Origin: Candidatus Omnitrophota bacterium
GTDB taxonomy: Bacteria > Omnitrophota > Gorgyraeia > Zapsychrales > JANLHA01
Assembly (NCBI GenBank): GCA_029560465.1
Contig: JAKQKX010000069.1
Span: forward strand, 6,447 to 70,446
Direction: 5' to 3'
DNA length: 64,000 bases
Positions 1 to 11,800 of the stretch are shown in pieces. Numbering within the stretch: the first letter of the stretch is position 1; the number at the start of each line of letters is the position of its first letter. Below the pieces are notes generated by a model, which saw only the letters and a list, made by a program, of their open reading frames with translations, searched no databases and was not told where the DNA came from. Position numbers and translations under genes: made by a program.

Positions 1-1
1 C

Positions 2-1606
2 CAGGAAGAGTTCCTGTTTCAAATTGAGCGTACACGTTTCGAGGGGCGGCTCAAGCCGCTCGGTGTTTGGCCGGTACCTGGAGAACGCACTTCAGATTTA
101 GATCGTACAGGCGGGGTTATCCAGGTCAGTGCGGATGCTGAGGATCTAGAGGACGCGGTTATGCGTTGTCGTCAGTATCTGAATCGAAACTTGGGGCTCG
201 ATCATAAGGATTCTTTCAAACAGTTGGCTGTCTTATTGTTAGCAAAGATTTATGATGAAACTTTATCGATTGAACAGCGCAAGTTTTGGATAAAAGGAGA
301 TGAACCATTTACAGATGCTGGGCAACAGGCCATTCAGCGACGCATCAACGAATGTATCACTGCTGCTAAAGTTTGGCAACCCGGCTTACTGACACGAGGT
401 TGGGATTTAACGCTGTCTTCTCAAGAAACCGCTCGGGTAGTGTCTGAGCTGAGCCGCTACTCTTTTAGTGAAACTCAACCCCGATACCGAACAAGTGCAT
501 TCCGTGCTATTGCCCGCAGTGTGATGGACGGGAGGGAAGGGCGCTATCCTACACCGCTAAATGTGGCCGATCTGGCAGTGCAAATGCTTCATCCTAAACC
601 GAATGAACGCATAATGGATTGTTCTAGCGGGACTGGCACCTTCTTAGCCATGACCGCGACCCATATTTTCAAAATTTATTTAGCATCTATGGGTACAACT
701 CCTGAAATGGCTAACAACGAACAGATATTGCAAGCACAACGTGAAACAGCTGCCTGGGCGGCCGGTAATGCACTTGGTTGTGATATCGATCCATTCTTGG
801 TGGTCACAAGCCGTATGAATCTGTTGTTCACTATAGGCAACCCTGGACGCATTTTCCGGATTGATGCTCGCAGTTTTCCCGATGGAGATTTAGACGGTAT
901 CGAAACAGCTCGACCTGCGATATCACTGGGAAGTATGGACGTGGTTTTGCTCAATCCATGGTTCTCGACGCAGGATACAGTCAGTGACACTTCGATCTTG
1001 AGGCGCTACGAATTGGGAAATGTCTGGGAGCGGGATGAGGATGGCGGTTATCGTAGTACCGGTAATATGAATACCGGTGGAGTGCCCCCAGAAGTGCTGT
1101 TTTTGGAACGTGCTTTGCAGTGGGTGAAGCCTGGAACTGGTCGTATAGGAATTTTGTTGCCGGATGGTCTATTAGGTAATCCCGGAGATGAATATGTCCG
1201 TTGGTGGATTCTGCGTCATTGTGAGGTTCTGGCAAGTGTTGATCTCCCGGTGGAGCCTTTCAAAGTTACTGTTAAAGAGTACGGTATGACACCTGCATTG
1301 CCGAGTCTGCTGGTGCTGCGCCGCCGTAGCCAGGAAGAATTGATCAACACCGAACATCCGGAATATAATGTTTTTATGGCTGTTGTAGATCGATCTGGTG
1401 TGGATGCTCGGGGTAACCTACTATTTCAGCGAGCACCTGATGGTGAAGAGTTAATCTTTGATGAAGAAGTTATAGAGCGTATTCGCGAAGGGGGCGAAGT
1501 GGAAATTCGGCGTACTACACGGAGCTCTCGTCGTATTCATGATGAATTACCATTGGTAGCAAGAAAATATAAGGAATTCTGCTCGACCGGAGAGGTGATG
1601 TCATGA
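2..1606 (+). CDS. N6-adenine DNA methyltransferase, HsdM/MAD2-like (5' truncated by window)
   Basis: Frame is open from position 2; GRYPTP, motif I DCSSGTGTFL, motif IV variant NPWF, LPDGLLGN; ATGA overlap with HsdS. Confidence 0.85.
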   Translation, partial: QEEFLFQIERTRFEGRLKPLGVWPVPGERTSDLDRTGGVIQVSADAEDLEDAVMRCRQYLNRNLGLDHKDSFKQLAVLLLAKIYDETLSIEQRKFWIKGDEPFTDAGQQAIQRRINECITAAKVWQPGLLTRGWDLTLSSQETARVVSELSRYSFSETQPRYRTSAFRAIARSVMDGREGRYPTPLNVADLAVQMLHPKPNERIMDCSSGTGTFLAMTATHIFKIYLASMGTTPEMANNEQILQAQRETAAWAAGNALGCDIDPFLVVTSRMNLLFTIGNPGRIFRIDARSFPDGDLDGIETARPAISLGSMDVVLLNPWFSTQDTVSDTSILRRYELGNVWERDEDGGYRSTGNMNTGGVPPEVLFLERALQWVKPGTGRIGILLPDGLLGNPGDEYVRWWILRHCEVLASVDLPVEPFKVTVKEYGMTPALPSLLVLRRRSQEELINTEHPEYNVFMAVVDRSGVDARGNLLFQRAPDGEELIFDEEVIERIREGGEVEIRRTTRSSRRIHDELPLVARKYKEFCSTGEVMS

Positions 1607-3000
1607 GCAGAAAGTTTCAGTGCAAGGCGATTCCAAGCTCATGGATTGAAAAGCAGGGCCGTCGGCTTGATTGTGGACCATATATGTCAGGAGCAATGGA
1701 AGCGCGAGAATTGCTTCGCAAACTAAAGGCGAGAAAGGATCATCTTCAAAATTTAACAGAGGGCGGTATTTCGGGGATCATTAATGCAGGACGAATTACG
1801 CGCCGGTGGGTAGATACTACTGAACATGGGTATCCATTCCTATCTAGTTCGGACATTCTTCAGGCCGATTTAGCTAACATAAGCCATATTGCAAAATCAG
1901 TTGCCCGAAAGAATAGTCAGCTTCTAATAAAAACAAGTTGGATCCTCATCACCCGCTCTGGCAATATTGGTCGTATGGCTTACGTGCGTGCCGATATGAA
2001 CGGAATGGCTTGTTCGGAAGATGTTTTAAGGATCATTCCGGATGAAAGCACTATCAAACCGGGTTATCTCTATGCATACCTTAGCACGAAGTTTGGCGTG
2101 CCAATCGTTATTTCTGGGACATATGGCTCGATCATAACCCATCTTGAACCTAATCATATCGCTGACCTCCCTGTTCCGCGTCTCGGCGCGGTGGAAGATC
2201 AAGCCCATAAGCTGATTCAACAAGCAGCAGATTTGCGAGTTGAAGGTGCAAAAGCATTCAATGAAGCAAAATTTATTTTTGATGAGATGTTGGAGGTTCG
2301 GGATAATGACAAACCTCTTTGTGGTTTGTCATTTTCAACCGTTAATGCTTCATCGTTACTGAAACGTGTTGATGCCGCCTATCATTCGCCATCGGCTATC
2401 CGCATAGAAGGCAATATTCACTCAGGATCTCATACATCAGTTGGCGAAATTGCAAACGTAATGTTGCCTCCAATTAGTTCCAGAGTCATGACTAATGAAC
2501 CCGATTACGGGTATCCATATTTCTCGGGGGATGCTCTTTATTATTGGACGCCAGAACCGAAGGGGCATTTAGCAAGAAAATCACCCAAGATTGAGACGCT
2601 CATAGTTAATGAAGAGGGGATTTTAGTACAGGCGTTTGGTCAAACCTATGGCCTGATCTGTCGTCCCACTTGGATAATTCCTAGTCTTGTTGGCTCCGCG
2701 ATTAGTGGTTTGATGCTGCGACTGACATCACCAGATAAGCGTATGTTGAGATACCTTTATGCTTTTATAGCATCTCGGGCGGGACAAATTGTGACGAAAA
2801 GGCTACCCTATGGCGGCTCTATTCCACATATGAATGAAGGCCAATATCGAGAAGTTCCAGTTCCTTTATTTGAAGACGGCTTGATCGATCGAGTTTGTGA
2901 AAAAATGGAGATTTTCATTAATTCGAAAACAACGAGCAATGCTTTAGAATCCCAAGCTCGTACCCTCGTTGAGCGCGCTATTGAAGAGGGAGGTTGCTAA
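1603..3000 (+). CDS. mad5: Type I specificity subunit (HsdS), MAD5-like
   Basis: RRLDCGPY N-terminus, ILITRSGNIG, YGSIITHL..LPVP and a second TRD repeat YGGSIPHM..VPVP. Confidence 0.85.
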   Translation: MSRKFQCKAIPSSWIEKQGRRLDCGPYMSGAMEARELLRKLKARKDHLQNLTEGGISGIINAGRITRRWVDTTEHGYPFLSSSDILQADLANISHIAKSVARKNSQLLIKTSWILITRSGNIGRMAYVRADMNGMACSEDVLRIIPDESTIKPGYLYAYLSTKFGVPIVISGTYGSIITHLEPNHIADLPVPRLGAVEDQAHKLIQQAADLRVEGAKAFNEAKFIFDEMLEVRDNDKPLCGLSFSTVNASSLLKRVDAAYHSPSAIRIEGNIHSGSHTSVGEIANVMLPPISSRVMTNEPDYGYPYFSGDALYYWTPEPKGHLARKSPKIETLIVNEEGILVQAFGQTYGLICRPTWIIPSLVGSAISGLMLRLTSPDKRMLRYLYAFIASRAGQIVTKRLPYGGSIPHMNEGQYREVPVPLFEDGLIDRVCEKMEIFINSKTTSNALESQARTLVERAIEEGGC

Positions 3001-6000
3001 TGGCGAAAGTTATACCCATTGGGCAACCCACGAACGAATCTGAACGTCAAGCGATTGGGTTTCTTCGGGACCATTTGCCTGACGGCTGGTTAATATTTCA
3101 TAATTTCGAGATGCGTCAGAGTGAGGAAGTTTTCGAGATTGACATCGCTATTCTCGCTCCTCACGCAATTTATTTGGTGGATGTCAAAGGTACGAGGGGC
3201 AATATCGATGTTTACGGTTCCAAGTGGTATCCTGAGGGACGACAGCCGTTTTTTTCGCCACTGGCCAAATTGCGTAGTCACGCCAAGAGCATGGCTGCGA
3301 TTATTCGTGAAAGCAACACCGGTCTCATCGAGTTGCGCAAGGCTCACGTGCATGCCACCGTACTGCTCACTGCCGACGACGCCACCGTATATGACCAAGC
3401 AGGTATCGATAGCCCTGATGTAACTGATCTGAAGCACTGCCTGAAATATTTCCGTGACCAAAGCCGCATCCCTGACAATCGGTTGGATAACATTTCCCGC
3501 TTCCACTCTCAAATTATCAAGGCGATCACTGGTAACGCCAAACCCAAAAGTGCGGCCATGGTATTTCGTGATTGGCAGGTTGAAGAGAAGCTGGGTGGAA
3601 CTGACCGGTATACTGAGTATCGTGCCAAGCACAATTTGTTAGGTAAGAGTGGGGGGTTTGCCCGGTTGCGTGTATATAAGACCGATCCTTATCAGGATGA
3701 AGTCGCTCGTAAGGAAGAATTTAAGAAGATAAGTAATGCGTACCGCGCTGTGGCGCACATGCCAACCCATGCCAATATATTGGCTGTTAAGGACCTTTTT
3801 ATCAATGATGATGAAGATAAGGTCGTATTAGTTACTGAGGATTTGCCTAGCCAAGCCTTGCGGTTGCATATAAATAAAACATCGCTAGCTCTGACCTTTG
3901 ACCAGAAACTTCAGGTAATGCGGGATGTTTTGTCGGCCTTGGATCATGCTCATCGCCATGAGGTAATCCATCGCAATCTGACTACGGATGCACTACTGAT
4001 AACCAAAGGGGGACAAGCGCGCGTTACTGGTTTCGATTTTGCCCGGGTTGGCAAAAATCGCACCTCGACGATTGCTGATCAGATTGTAGATGACCTCGAT
4101 GCAGCTTACCAATCTCCAGAGTGCTTTAAGGACCCTTCCCAGGCGAGCATTGCCTCTGATTTATATGCCGCTGGCCTAATTTTTTATGAACTGTTAACTG
4201 GTGAATTGCCTTTTGAAAATGTTGATCAGATGATGGAGGCTGATGGCAAATTTCCGATGAAACCTACGGAGCATAAACCGGACTTACCCAATGGGATCGA
4301 CGAATGGTTACAGATGTTCTGTGAGTTTGATCCGGAAGATCGTTATGCCAGTGCAGCTATTGCCAGGAAAGCCTTAGATGATCTGATTTTACCTGAAGCC
4401 AAGAATAATTCCACACCTGTCGCAGGTAGTCCATTGTCAGAAACACCAAAGTTCCCGGATGATTTGACTAATTTACCGCAGGATTTTATTTTGGCAGATC
4501 GATTTCGCATTCAAAAGAAATTAGGAAGTGGAGGTTTCGGAGTAGCCTATAAGGTATTTGATTCCTTGGGTGATGTAGTACGGGTTATCAAGTTGGTGAC
4601 GAAAGACCGTCGAAGTATTTATGAGCGCTTACGCCGAGAATATAAAACTCTCACTAACCTACCAGAGCATCCTCACGTTGTAAAGGTTGTTTGGGCAGAC
4701 AGGATGACTGATGCTAAGCAGACACCATATATTGTTTTTGACTACGTGGAAGGTCTTGATGTTTCAGGTCTGATCGAGGCGGAGGCTTTGTCGCTTGAAG
4801 ATTCCGTGCGTATAGTCCGAGAAGCTGCGGAGGGACTTGGACATCTGCATAAGCATGGGGTATATCACCAAGACGTGAAGCCTTCTAATCTTCTTTGGAC
4901 AGACAAGGGTGTCCGAATAATTGATTTCAATGTTGCTGTTTCTGAAAACAATGAGGTTATGGGGGGAGGTGGCACCCGTCGTTATGTTCCACCAGATTAT
5001 AATTATTCAAGTGAACCCGAAGCTGCTGATCGTAAAGACCGGGACCTCTATGCTCTGGGGATTACATTTTATGAATGTTTAACTGGAAAATATCCGTTTG
5101 ACGGGCCGACTCCACCGATTAAGGGGCAGGCAAAGGATCCTAAACAGTTCAAGGGCTGTGCAGATTTAAGTTTATCCTTGATCGCTGTGTTGGTGAAGAT
5201 GATCGAACCGGAACGTAAGGATAGATTTGCTTCGGTACAGGAGTTTTTATCTGCTTTAGCGGTGGTTAAACATTATCGGTCGGTTCTTAGCACCAGTGAA
5301 ATAGATGCCGGTCATAAAGTTGTAGCTAAATTGAGCTTCGAGCCAACCAAACCGAACACAAATCCCTTTGTGATGCATCTTTTAACACTATATAGTCAAA
5401 GTCAAGTGTCTAATGCGGGGACTCGTGGCTTAGACGAAGTAGGCAAAGCGACATATGTATCGACTTATCTTGACGAAAAACTCCAACCCGCTCTGCTTAA
5501 AGGGGAGTTTCGGTTGGTGATCATCAGTGGTAATGCGGGTGACGGCAAGACGGCTTTTATCCAGCAATTTGAAACCTTTGCGGAAAGTAAGGGTGCACAG
5601 ATGCAACGGGGAGTTAATGGTGCTGTCTTTCAGCTTAAGGGGCACACATATCAGAGTAACTATGATGGTAGCCAGGATGAAGGGGATGAACGTAATGACG
5701 CTGTATTGCAGAAATTTTTTGCGCCTTTTGTCGGGAAAGATAATTCGGCCTGGCCCGAAAATCAAACTCGACTGATTGCGATTAATGAGGGCCGCCTCGT
5801 TGATTTCTTTCTTGAACATGAGGACAAATTCCCATTGTTGTCTATGCATATTAAGAAGGGACTTTTGGGGAGCATGCCGGAAGAAGGGGTGGTGGTAATT
5901 AACCTTAATCTACGCTCAGTGGTAGCTGAGCCCTCGGGAACTCAATCTTCAATTCTGGAACGCCTACTTGCACGCATGTGCAATCAGGAATATTGGCAAG

Positions 6001-7136
6001 CTTGTGAAAAGTGCGACATCAAGGCCAAATGTTACGCCTATCACAATATCAAGACTTTTCAGGATCCTGTCGCTGGCCCCAAGGTGATAGACCGATTGAA
6101 AATGCTTTACACTATTACCCATTTGCGGGGTAGATTGCACATCACAATGCGTGACCTGCGGTCAGCGTTGGCTTTTATGCTAGTTGGAACACGTAATTGC
6201 GACGATATCCATAATCTTTACCAAAACGGTGGAGAAGTGAACAAGAATCGAATTCTTGATAGCCTCTACTTTAACTCATGGTTGGGGGGAAGTGAAGGTT
6301 CAAATGACCGGCTCATCTCATTATTACGAGAGATCGATGTGGCTGAGGTAAGCAATCCAGCAATGGATCGTGAAATGGATTTCTTAAATCCACAATCTAA
6401 ACCGATGAGCCGGTTTTCCTTTACTGAAAGAGCCGGTTATGACGATGAGCTTATTGCGGCGCTGTTTCGTAACCTACCCAGAGAATTTACTTCTAAAAAC
6501 CGTCCAAGATTGATTTCAAAACATCGTGATTATCTTTCCCATATGCGCCGCCGCCTTTTTTTTGAACATCGTGATAGTGCCTGGAAAGGGATGCTTCCAT
6601 ATGGAAGCATTGATTCATTTCTTGCAGCCATTAAGGATTCCGGTATAAAAAATAAAAATGACGCCGCAACAATTCTTCGTGCAATTAACCGAGGTGAAGG
6701 CCTAAGTGATCCAGACCGGTTAGGTAATCAATTAGCATTAAAAGTCCGCCAGGTGGAAAAAGGTACTATTCGTAGTTATCGACTTTTTGACGGAGGACTC
6801 TTTACTCTACGCACTGAACAAGAAACAGCCGCCCATCCATTTCTGGAATGTTTGTCCCAAGCTCTTGTACTTATTTATAATTCTGGTGATAACCACGTGG
6901 CCAGCTTGCGAATTAATCTCGATGTTTATGAAATGTTGATGCGGTTAAACAAAGGATATAGACCGAGTATCGAGGAACAAGAGGGCTTTTATCTCAGTTT
7001 GGCTGTTTTCAAAAATATTCTTTCCGCTGCGCCATACCATGAAATTCTTTTGACGGAAAGCGGTTTTGATTTCTTCCAGATCCGTCGTAAGGAAAACGGT
7101 GTCCTGCATCTGGGGAAAGTAAGCCGGGAGACATAA
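3000..7136 (+). CDS. mad6: NERD nuclease, two Ser/Thr kinase domains and P-loop; MAD6-like
   Basis: NERD EIDIAIL..LVDVKG; kinase 1 HRNL/GFDFA (degenerate); kinase 2 GSGGFG, HQDVKPSN, DFN; P-loop GNAGDGKT; ATG at 3000 overlaps upstream TAA. Confidence 0.85.
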   Translation: MAKVIPIGQPTNESERQAIGFLRDHLPDGWLIFHNFEMRQSEEVFEIDIAILAPHAIYLVDVKGTRGNIDVYGSKWYPEGRQPFFSPLAKLRSHAKSMAAIIRESNTGLIELRKAHVHATVLLTADDATVYDQAGIDSPDVTDLKHCLKYFRDQSRIPDNRLDNISRFHSQIIKAITGNAKPKSAAMVFRDWQVEEKLGGTDRYTEYRAKHNLLGKSGGFARLRVYKTDPYQDEVARKEEFKKISNAYRAVAHMPTHANILAVKDLFINDDEDKVVLVTEDLPSQALRLHINKTSLALTFDQKLQVMRDVLSALDHAHRHEVIHRNLTTDALLITKGGQARVTGFDFARVGKNRTSTIADQIVDDLDAAYQSPECFKDPSQASIASDLYAAGLIFYELLTGELPFENVDQMMEADGKFPMKPTEHKPDLPNGIDEWLQMFCEFDPEDRYASAAIARKALDDLILPEAKNNSTPVAGSPLSETPKFPDDLTNLPQDFILADRFRIQKKLGSGGFGVAYKVFDSLGDVVRVIKLVTKDRRSIYERLRREYKTLTNLPEHPHVVKVVWADRMTDAKQTPYIVFDYVEGLDVSGLIEAEALSLEDSVRIVREAAEGLGHLHKHGVYHQDVKPSNLLWTDKGVRIIDFNVAVSENNEVMGGGGTRRYVPPDYNYSSEPEAADRKDRDLYALGITFYECLTGKYPFDGPTPPIKGQAKDPKQFKGCADLSLSLIAVLVKMIEPERKDRFASVQEFLSALAVVKHYRSVLSTSEIDAGHKVVAKLSFEPTKPNTNPFVMHLLTLYSQSQVSNAGTRGLDEVGKATYVSTYLDEKLQPALLKGEFRLVIISGNAGDGKTAFIQQFETFAESKGAQMQRGVNGAVFQLKGHTYQSNYDGSQDEGDERNDAVLQKFFAPFVGKDNSAWPENQTRLIAINEGRLVDFFLEHEDKFPLLSMHIKKGLLGSMPEEGVVVINLNLRSVVAEPSGTQSSILERLLARMCNQEYWQACEKCDIKAKCYAYHNIKTFQDPVAGPKVIDRLKMLYTITHLRGRLHITMRDLRSALAFMLVGTRNCDDIHNLYQNGGEVNKNRILDSLYFNSWLGGSEGSNDRLISLLREIDVAEVSNPAMDREMDFLNPQSKPMSRFSFTERAGYDDELIAALFRNLPREFTSKNRPRLISKHRDYLSHMRRRLFFEHRDSAWKGMLPYGSIDSFLAAIKDSGIKNKNDAATILRAINRGEGLSDPDRLGNQLALKVRQVEKGTIRSYRLFDGGLFTLRTEQETAAHPFLECLSQALVLIYNSGDNHVASLRINLDVYEMLMRLNKGYRPSIEEQEGFYLSLAVFKNILSAAPYHEILLTESGFDFFQIRRKENGVLHLGKVSRET

Positions 7137-7138
7137 TT

Positions 7139-8830
7139 ATGAGTATCAAAAGTAGAGATAAGGAATTCCGTACACCTAAAACAACTTATATTGATTTTAA
7201 ACATATTGAAATGGACCGAGTTTTAACAATGTTATTCCCTCGACTTAAATATGATGGTTATGCCAGCCGATTTAGCCGAGGACGAATTTTAGATGTTGAT
7301 GATTTTCTTAACGAATTTCTTGATAGGGGGGAATGGTTTGATGGTTTTGGTGATCATAAGGAAGTCTGTCGAAAATGGATAGAAACAGATTTATTGGATT
7401 TGGTAAATCGTGGGAAAGCTAATCAAGCTGTCGCTGCGCCACGGCCATTACATGGAAACACCTATAAATTTCGTAATGTTAAGCATACCCGCGATTATGG
7501 TGCTGCCGAACAAATTTATTGGCTGCTCTTTTACGCTCGCAGAGGTAAGGGGCAAGCTGCTCGTGATGCTTTGAAACGTTTCTTTTTCACAGGCTATGAC
7601 TTCCATACGGATAAGTATGATGCAAATCTTAATGTTGATGTAGAAACTCAGGCAATTTTGCGTCTTGATCATCAAGTTACTCAGGATACCAAAAGCTCTG
7701 ATGAGCCTACCAGATTCCAACCATTGTGTATAGGTCAGGCTGATATCATGGCGGATGATTTATTGCGGCTTTTAGCGTATGAACCTTATATCCCCCGGTC
7801 TGTGTTGGTAGATTATTTAAAAACTTTGATGGCTTTCCATTTGGCTTTATATCACCTTAAGTTGTTACACATGCTCCCTAAGCTGGTGAAGCAACGTTCT
7901 GGCAATGATCTTTGTAGTATGAAGGAATGTCCAATTAAATCTGGCTTGGACAATGCACTGGAAGGGTGTCCATATCGGATCTCTATAATCGTGGATATGG
8001 CAGATGTAAATAATCCACATATGTCGGAACTCGCTCGCAAATCAACCGACCGTTTATATCGACAAATCCCTGTTTTTGTGCAGGCCAATTTCATCATAAA
8101 GAAACTAGATGAAATGGCAGACAACCTTCGCCTTCAAGGGAAAATGCCGTTGCCCTCTTATGGATTTTTTAGCGTGAATGATCTATTGTCGCTACTCAAA
8201 CCAGAACATCAACAAAATAGGGAAACATATTTTTCTGCTCGTCTTTCCAGGATGGTTGAAGACTCTGGTTCTAATGGGGAAGAATTAGACCCAGAGATTC
8301 GAGAAGTTTTGTCTATAGATCTTGATGATTTCGACAAGTTTATTGAAATTCTTATGGCATATCGAGGCAAATACCATAGGCAATATATTACTGAGTGTTT
8401 AGATTCATTACTTCTTAAGAATAAGGAAAACGGTTTGCTTGCACAGTCCCGCACTAAAGGTAGTCCCCGTCGATTTGTCCTTGGAAGCAAGCTCCTTGAA
8501 GTGCTATTGCAGGTTGCTGTGTTAGCATATGAGGAAGGACGTTTCGTAACTCGTGAATTACGAGTTGAAGATCTACTGGGCTTTTTAAGAAATCGATATG
8601 GCTTATACATAGATCGCCTGCCGGAAGATGGCCAGCACATTAAAGCTAATAATTGCAGTATCGTAGATAGGCGGGCACTTCGCTTAAATCTTGAAGCATT
8701 CAAACGACGATTGCGTGAAATAGGTTTTTACCAAGATTTGTCGGACGCGTATGTGACCCAGAAAATATCGCCTCGTTATGCTATCGAGAGAGGCCAAGGG
8801 GCTATGCTGGATGGAGAGCCACGTAAATGA
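7139..8830 (+). CDS. mad7: MADS protein MAD7-like
   Basis: Position between kinase and large ATPase; C-terminal RLREIGFYQDLSDA. Confidence 0.75.
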   Translation: MSIKSRDKEFRTPKTTYIDFKHIEMDRVLTMLFPRLKYDGYASRFSRGRILDVDDFLNEFLDRGEWFDGFGDHKEVCRKWIETDLLDLVNRGKANQAVAAPRPLHGNTYKFRNVKHTRDYGAAEQIYWLLFYARRGKGQAARDALKRFFFTGYDFHTDKYDANLNVDVETQAILRLDHQVTQDTKSSDEPTRFQPLCIGQADIMADDLLRLLAYEPYIPRSVLVDYLKTLMAFHLALYHLKLLHMLPKLVKQRSGNDLCSMKECPIKSGLDNALEGCPYRISIIVDMADVNNPHMSELARKSTDRLYRQIPVFVQANFIIKKLDEMADNLRLQGKMPLPSYGFFSVNDLLSLLKPEHQQNRETYFSARLSRMVEDSGSNGEELDPEIREVLSIDLDDFDKFIEILMAYRGKYHRQYITECLDSLLLKNKENGLLAQSRTKGSPRRFVLGSKLLEVLLQVAVLAYEEGRFVTRELRVEDLLGFLRNRYGLYIDRLPEDGQHIKANNCSIVDRRALRLNLEAFKRRLREIGFYQDLSDAYVTQKISPRYAIERGQGAMLDGEPRK

Positions 8831-11800
8831 GCAATACTTTTACTAAATTATCTAGGGATAAAATGAACGATACGGTTGCTGAATTGCTAGGCCCTCGTAT
8901 TGAAGCGACTTTAGACGGCCGTGGTCCGGGGCATTGTATGCGGGTGACAGACCTTGACGATGATGTAATGGAATCTGTCTGTAAAGAACTTCGTCGGACT
9001 TATACAGATGGAAACATCTTTATTCTGGGTGGTCATGATCACGAAGAACTCCCCTTTCGGATTACATCCACCAAGTTAGTCGAAATACGAAATCCTAGTG
9101 CTAACGGTGAGCTGCGAAAACCATTGCTTGTTTTTATTCCAAACTCACTTCGAACCAGCGCCGAGGATTCCTTTGGAGTGGCTACCTTTGAGGAACTTTC
9201 ATTTAATGGCATCTATAAGGAATTGGTCAAATCTCTCATTGATCGATTGCCTGCAACATTAGTTGGACCTATACATGATTTATTCGACTTATTAGCTGAA
9301 GAAGATTGGATATATGTAGATGATGTCGCAAGTGCTAGGTATTTGTTGACGGCTTTAGAGAATGGTATTGATGGTGAAACATTGGGAGCCAGCCTATACG
9401 AGTTAACTTTAATTCCGGATTTCAAACTCTTTGCTGATCCTGCGATGGTCAATGTAAAGATCCGAAGAAATCTTAGCAGTATCCGTGGTCTGATGACCTC
9501 ACATAAATCTGTGCGCGGACGTATTGTAGAACTGGGCTTAAGCGATAAGGATCTCGAAGCCCGTCTGTTTGCCTTTTTCCAGAAGAATGATATTCAGGAG
9601 CCCGACGGCTGGGCATCTATTATAGCTACCGATAAAAAGTGGTGGAATATTTCGTTTGATAAATGGTCTTTTCAGGAAGAGCTTTCTTTGGATAAGATCC
9701 ATTTGGCTGTTCTGGAAACGGATCTTCCGGTGGCGCAGGACGAGGAAAAGAATGGGCAGTTATCTGGGCTTACGGGACAGCAGATTTTGGTGCCCACTGA
9801 TCGACGAAAAATAAATGTTCTTTTTGAAGTCAATCCACACCCTAGCAAGGTCAACGGGTTAGATCATTTTACAATACAAATTGTCTCTCAAAATGACGGC
9901 CCTGTGGGGAAGTCAAAAAAAATCAAATCTTGGAAACCTGCTCGTCTTCAGTGTACGGTTAATCTAGCCAAACTCAATAAAATTGAATTTGAGGAGGGTT
10001 GGCATTTTATCAGAATTCTTCCTTGGACTGCCGATGGAGATCCAATCCCTTTGGAAACGGAATATAGTTCTGATTCATCCAGACGATCCCATGAGAGCGA
10101 ACCATTTTATGTTCTTCCAGGAGGTAGCTTGGAAGAAGATCCCCCACAAAGAGCAATACCAATTGACAAGAGTGTTGAACATGCACGCTTTAGGTTGCAG
10201 TTCACGGCACTTGGTGACGAGAGAGATCCTGATGATATAGCCATTTCTAGTTTATCATGGGCAGAAGCAGGGCGAACGAGAAGAACTTCACGTCAGGCTA
10301 CAGTGTTGGCTAAATTCGGACGAGAGGGAGCCATTCAAATTCCATTGTCACAAATGCTTAAAACAATCGAACAGCGAATTTTAGACAAGCCAAAACATCT
10401 TTCTGGATGGAGGATGCAAATCAATTTAGATGCCGCAGAAAACCCTTCGGAAATTGGTCTGATTTTCCCTCAATCTTCCGCAATGGCTTCATTCTTATCT
10501 GCTCGTGAGGATTTGTTTGCTTCTGTGCATCAAGATAAGTCCGAATTGATTATGCAAGGGTTTTCGTTCAGAGACCATGAAAAAAAGTGTCTAACATATG
10601 CCGAGGCCTACCTCGATTGGGTATGTAGCCTGATGCGACAGGCCGAAGCAGCTTCTGGAACTGAGCGGCAGAATCATCTTCAGGCTTTGCGCAATGTGCT
10701 AGCTGTAGATTCAATTCATGTGATCTTGACGGATTTCCGAGGCAGACATAGAGAGGCGGTATTGGTTTCTTCAACTCATCCTTTGCGTGTGTTATGGCTG
10801 TCAAGTTGGGTAAGTCTTGGTCAGGATTGGATTGATAAGATTAAGTCAGGAGGCAAAGATTATATTTCTTATGTGCGTACAGCTCTTTTGGATGGGTTGG
10901 TTCCTTCAGCTTACCCAGTGGGTATTCCAGTTGAAGATGGACGAATATTTACTCCGGTAGATAATCTGAATCCATTTTGGGCGCTTTACGCTCCTACCAC
11001 TGAAGAGAACTCCAGGGGGTTAATGGCCGAAATTTGTTCTGCGCTTGGGTTATCCGAGCCATCGGTTGCGGGATCAGATATTTCTGGAAAAGTGATAGCA
11101 GACAAAATTGAACGATACCTGTCCCAGCACCCCTATGTTCGTGAATTATCTCTGAACATTTTTAATCCTGGGGCGGGCTCAGTGATCGCAGACGCCTTAT
11201 TATCTCTGCAACAAAAACGAGAATACTCAGATTTACGCTATAACATTCGTCTTTTTACATCGGACCCTGATTCGCCAGTGTTGGGTGATGCTCTGGAGTC
11301 TATGCTTCGGCCAGGAACAACGGTTAACGAGGCAGCCGACGCTTTTGCAACATCTACAGGTAGCCATTTATTTTCGAAATTAAATTTAGCCAAACATTCA
11401 GTGTCGGATTTCCACACCAATGTTAAAGAATACTTCGCGCATATCAGTATTTTGCTTGATGTATTCCCTGCTGAGGAACTTGCTATCATCGAGAAGCCTT
11501 CGGGAATTATTCCACTGCATGGCTTAATACAAGATTTTGAAACCGAATTTGTGGATGATGACTCGGGTACCTACTGGAATAAACGGCCGATAGTTGGAAG
11601 AGTTTTAAATACTGATAGCCAGCTAGCCTGCTTTGATTTGCTTTCTTCCTTAAGTAGCGAATTGTGCTTGGCAACAGCCGCTGTTGCGGCATCAGGTGCA
11701 AGTTTTAAAGCGGTGCCTGTTGTAACCCTTGGATTGGATGTTGCGCAACGCGAACTAATATATGAAGTTCATAAAAGAAGCGACTGGGTCTTCACCATTG

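Noticed and set aside
3000-7136. BREX PglW
   Set aside because: NERD-kinase is similar, but no PglX/PglY/PglZ is present; HsdS and MAD7/8-like neighbours fit MADS
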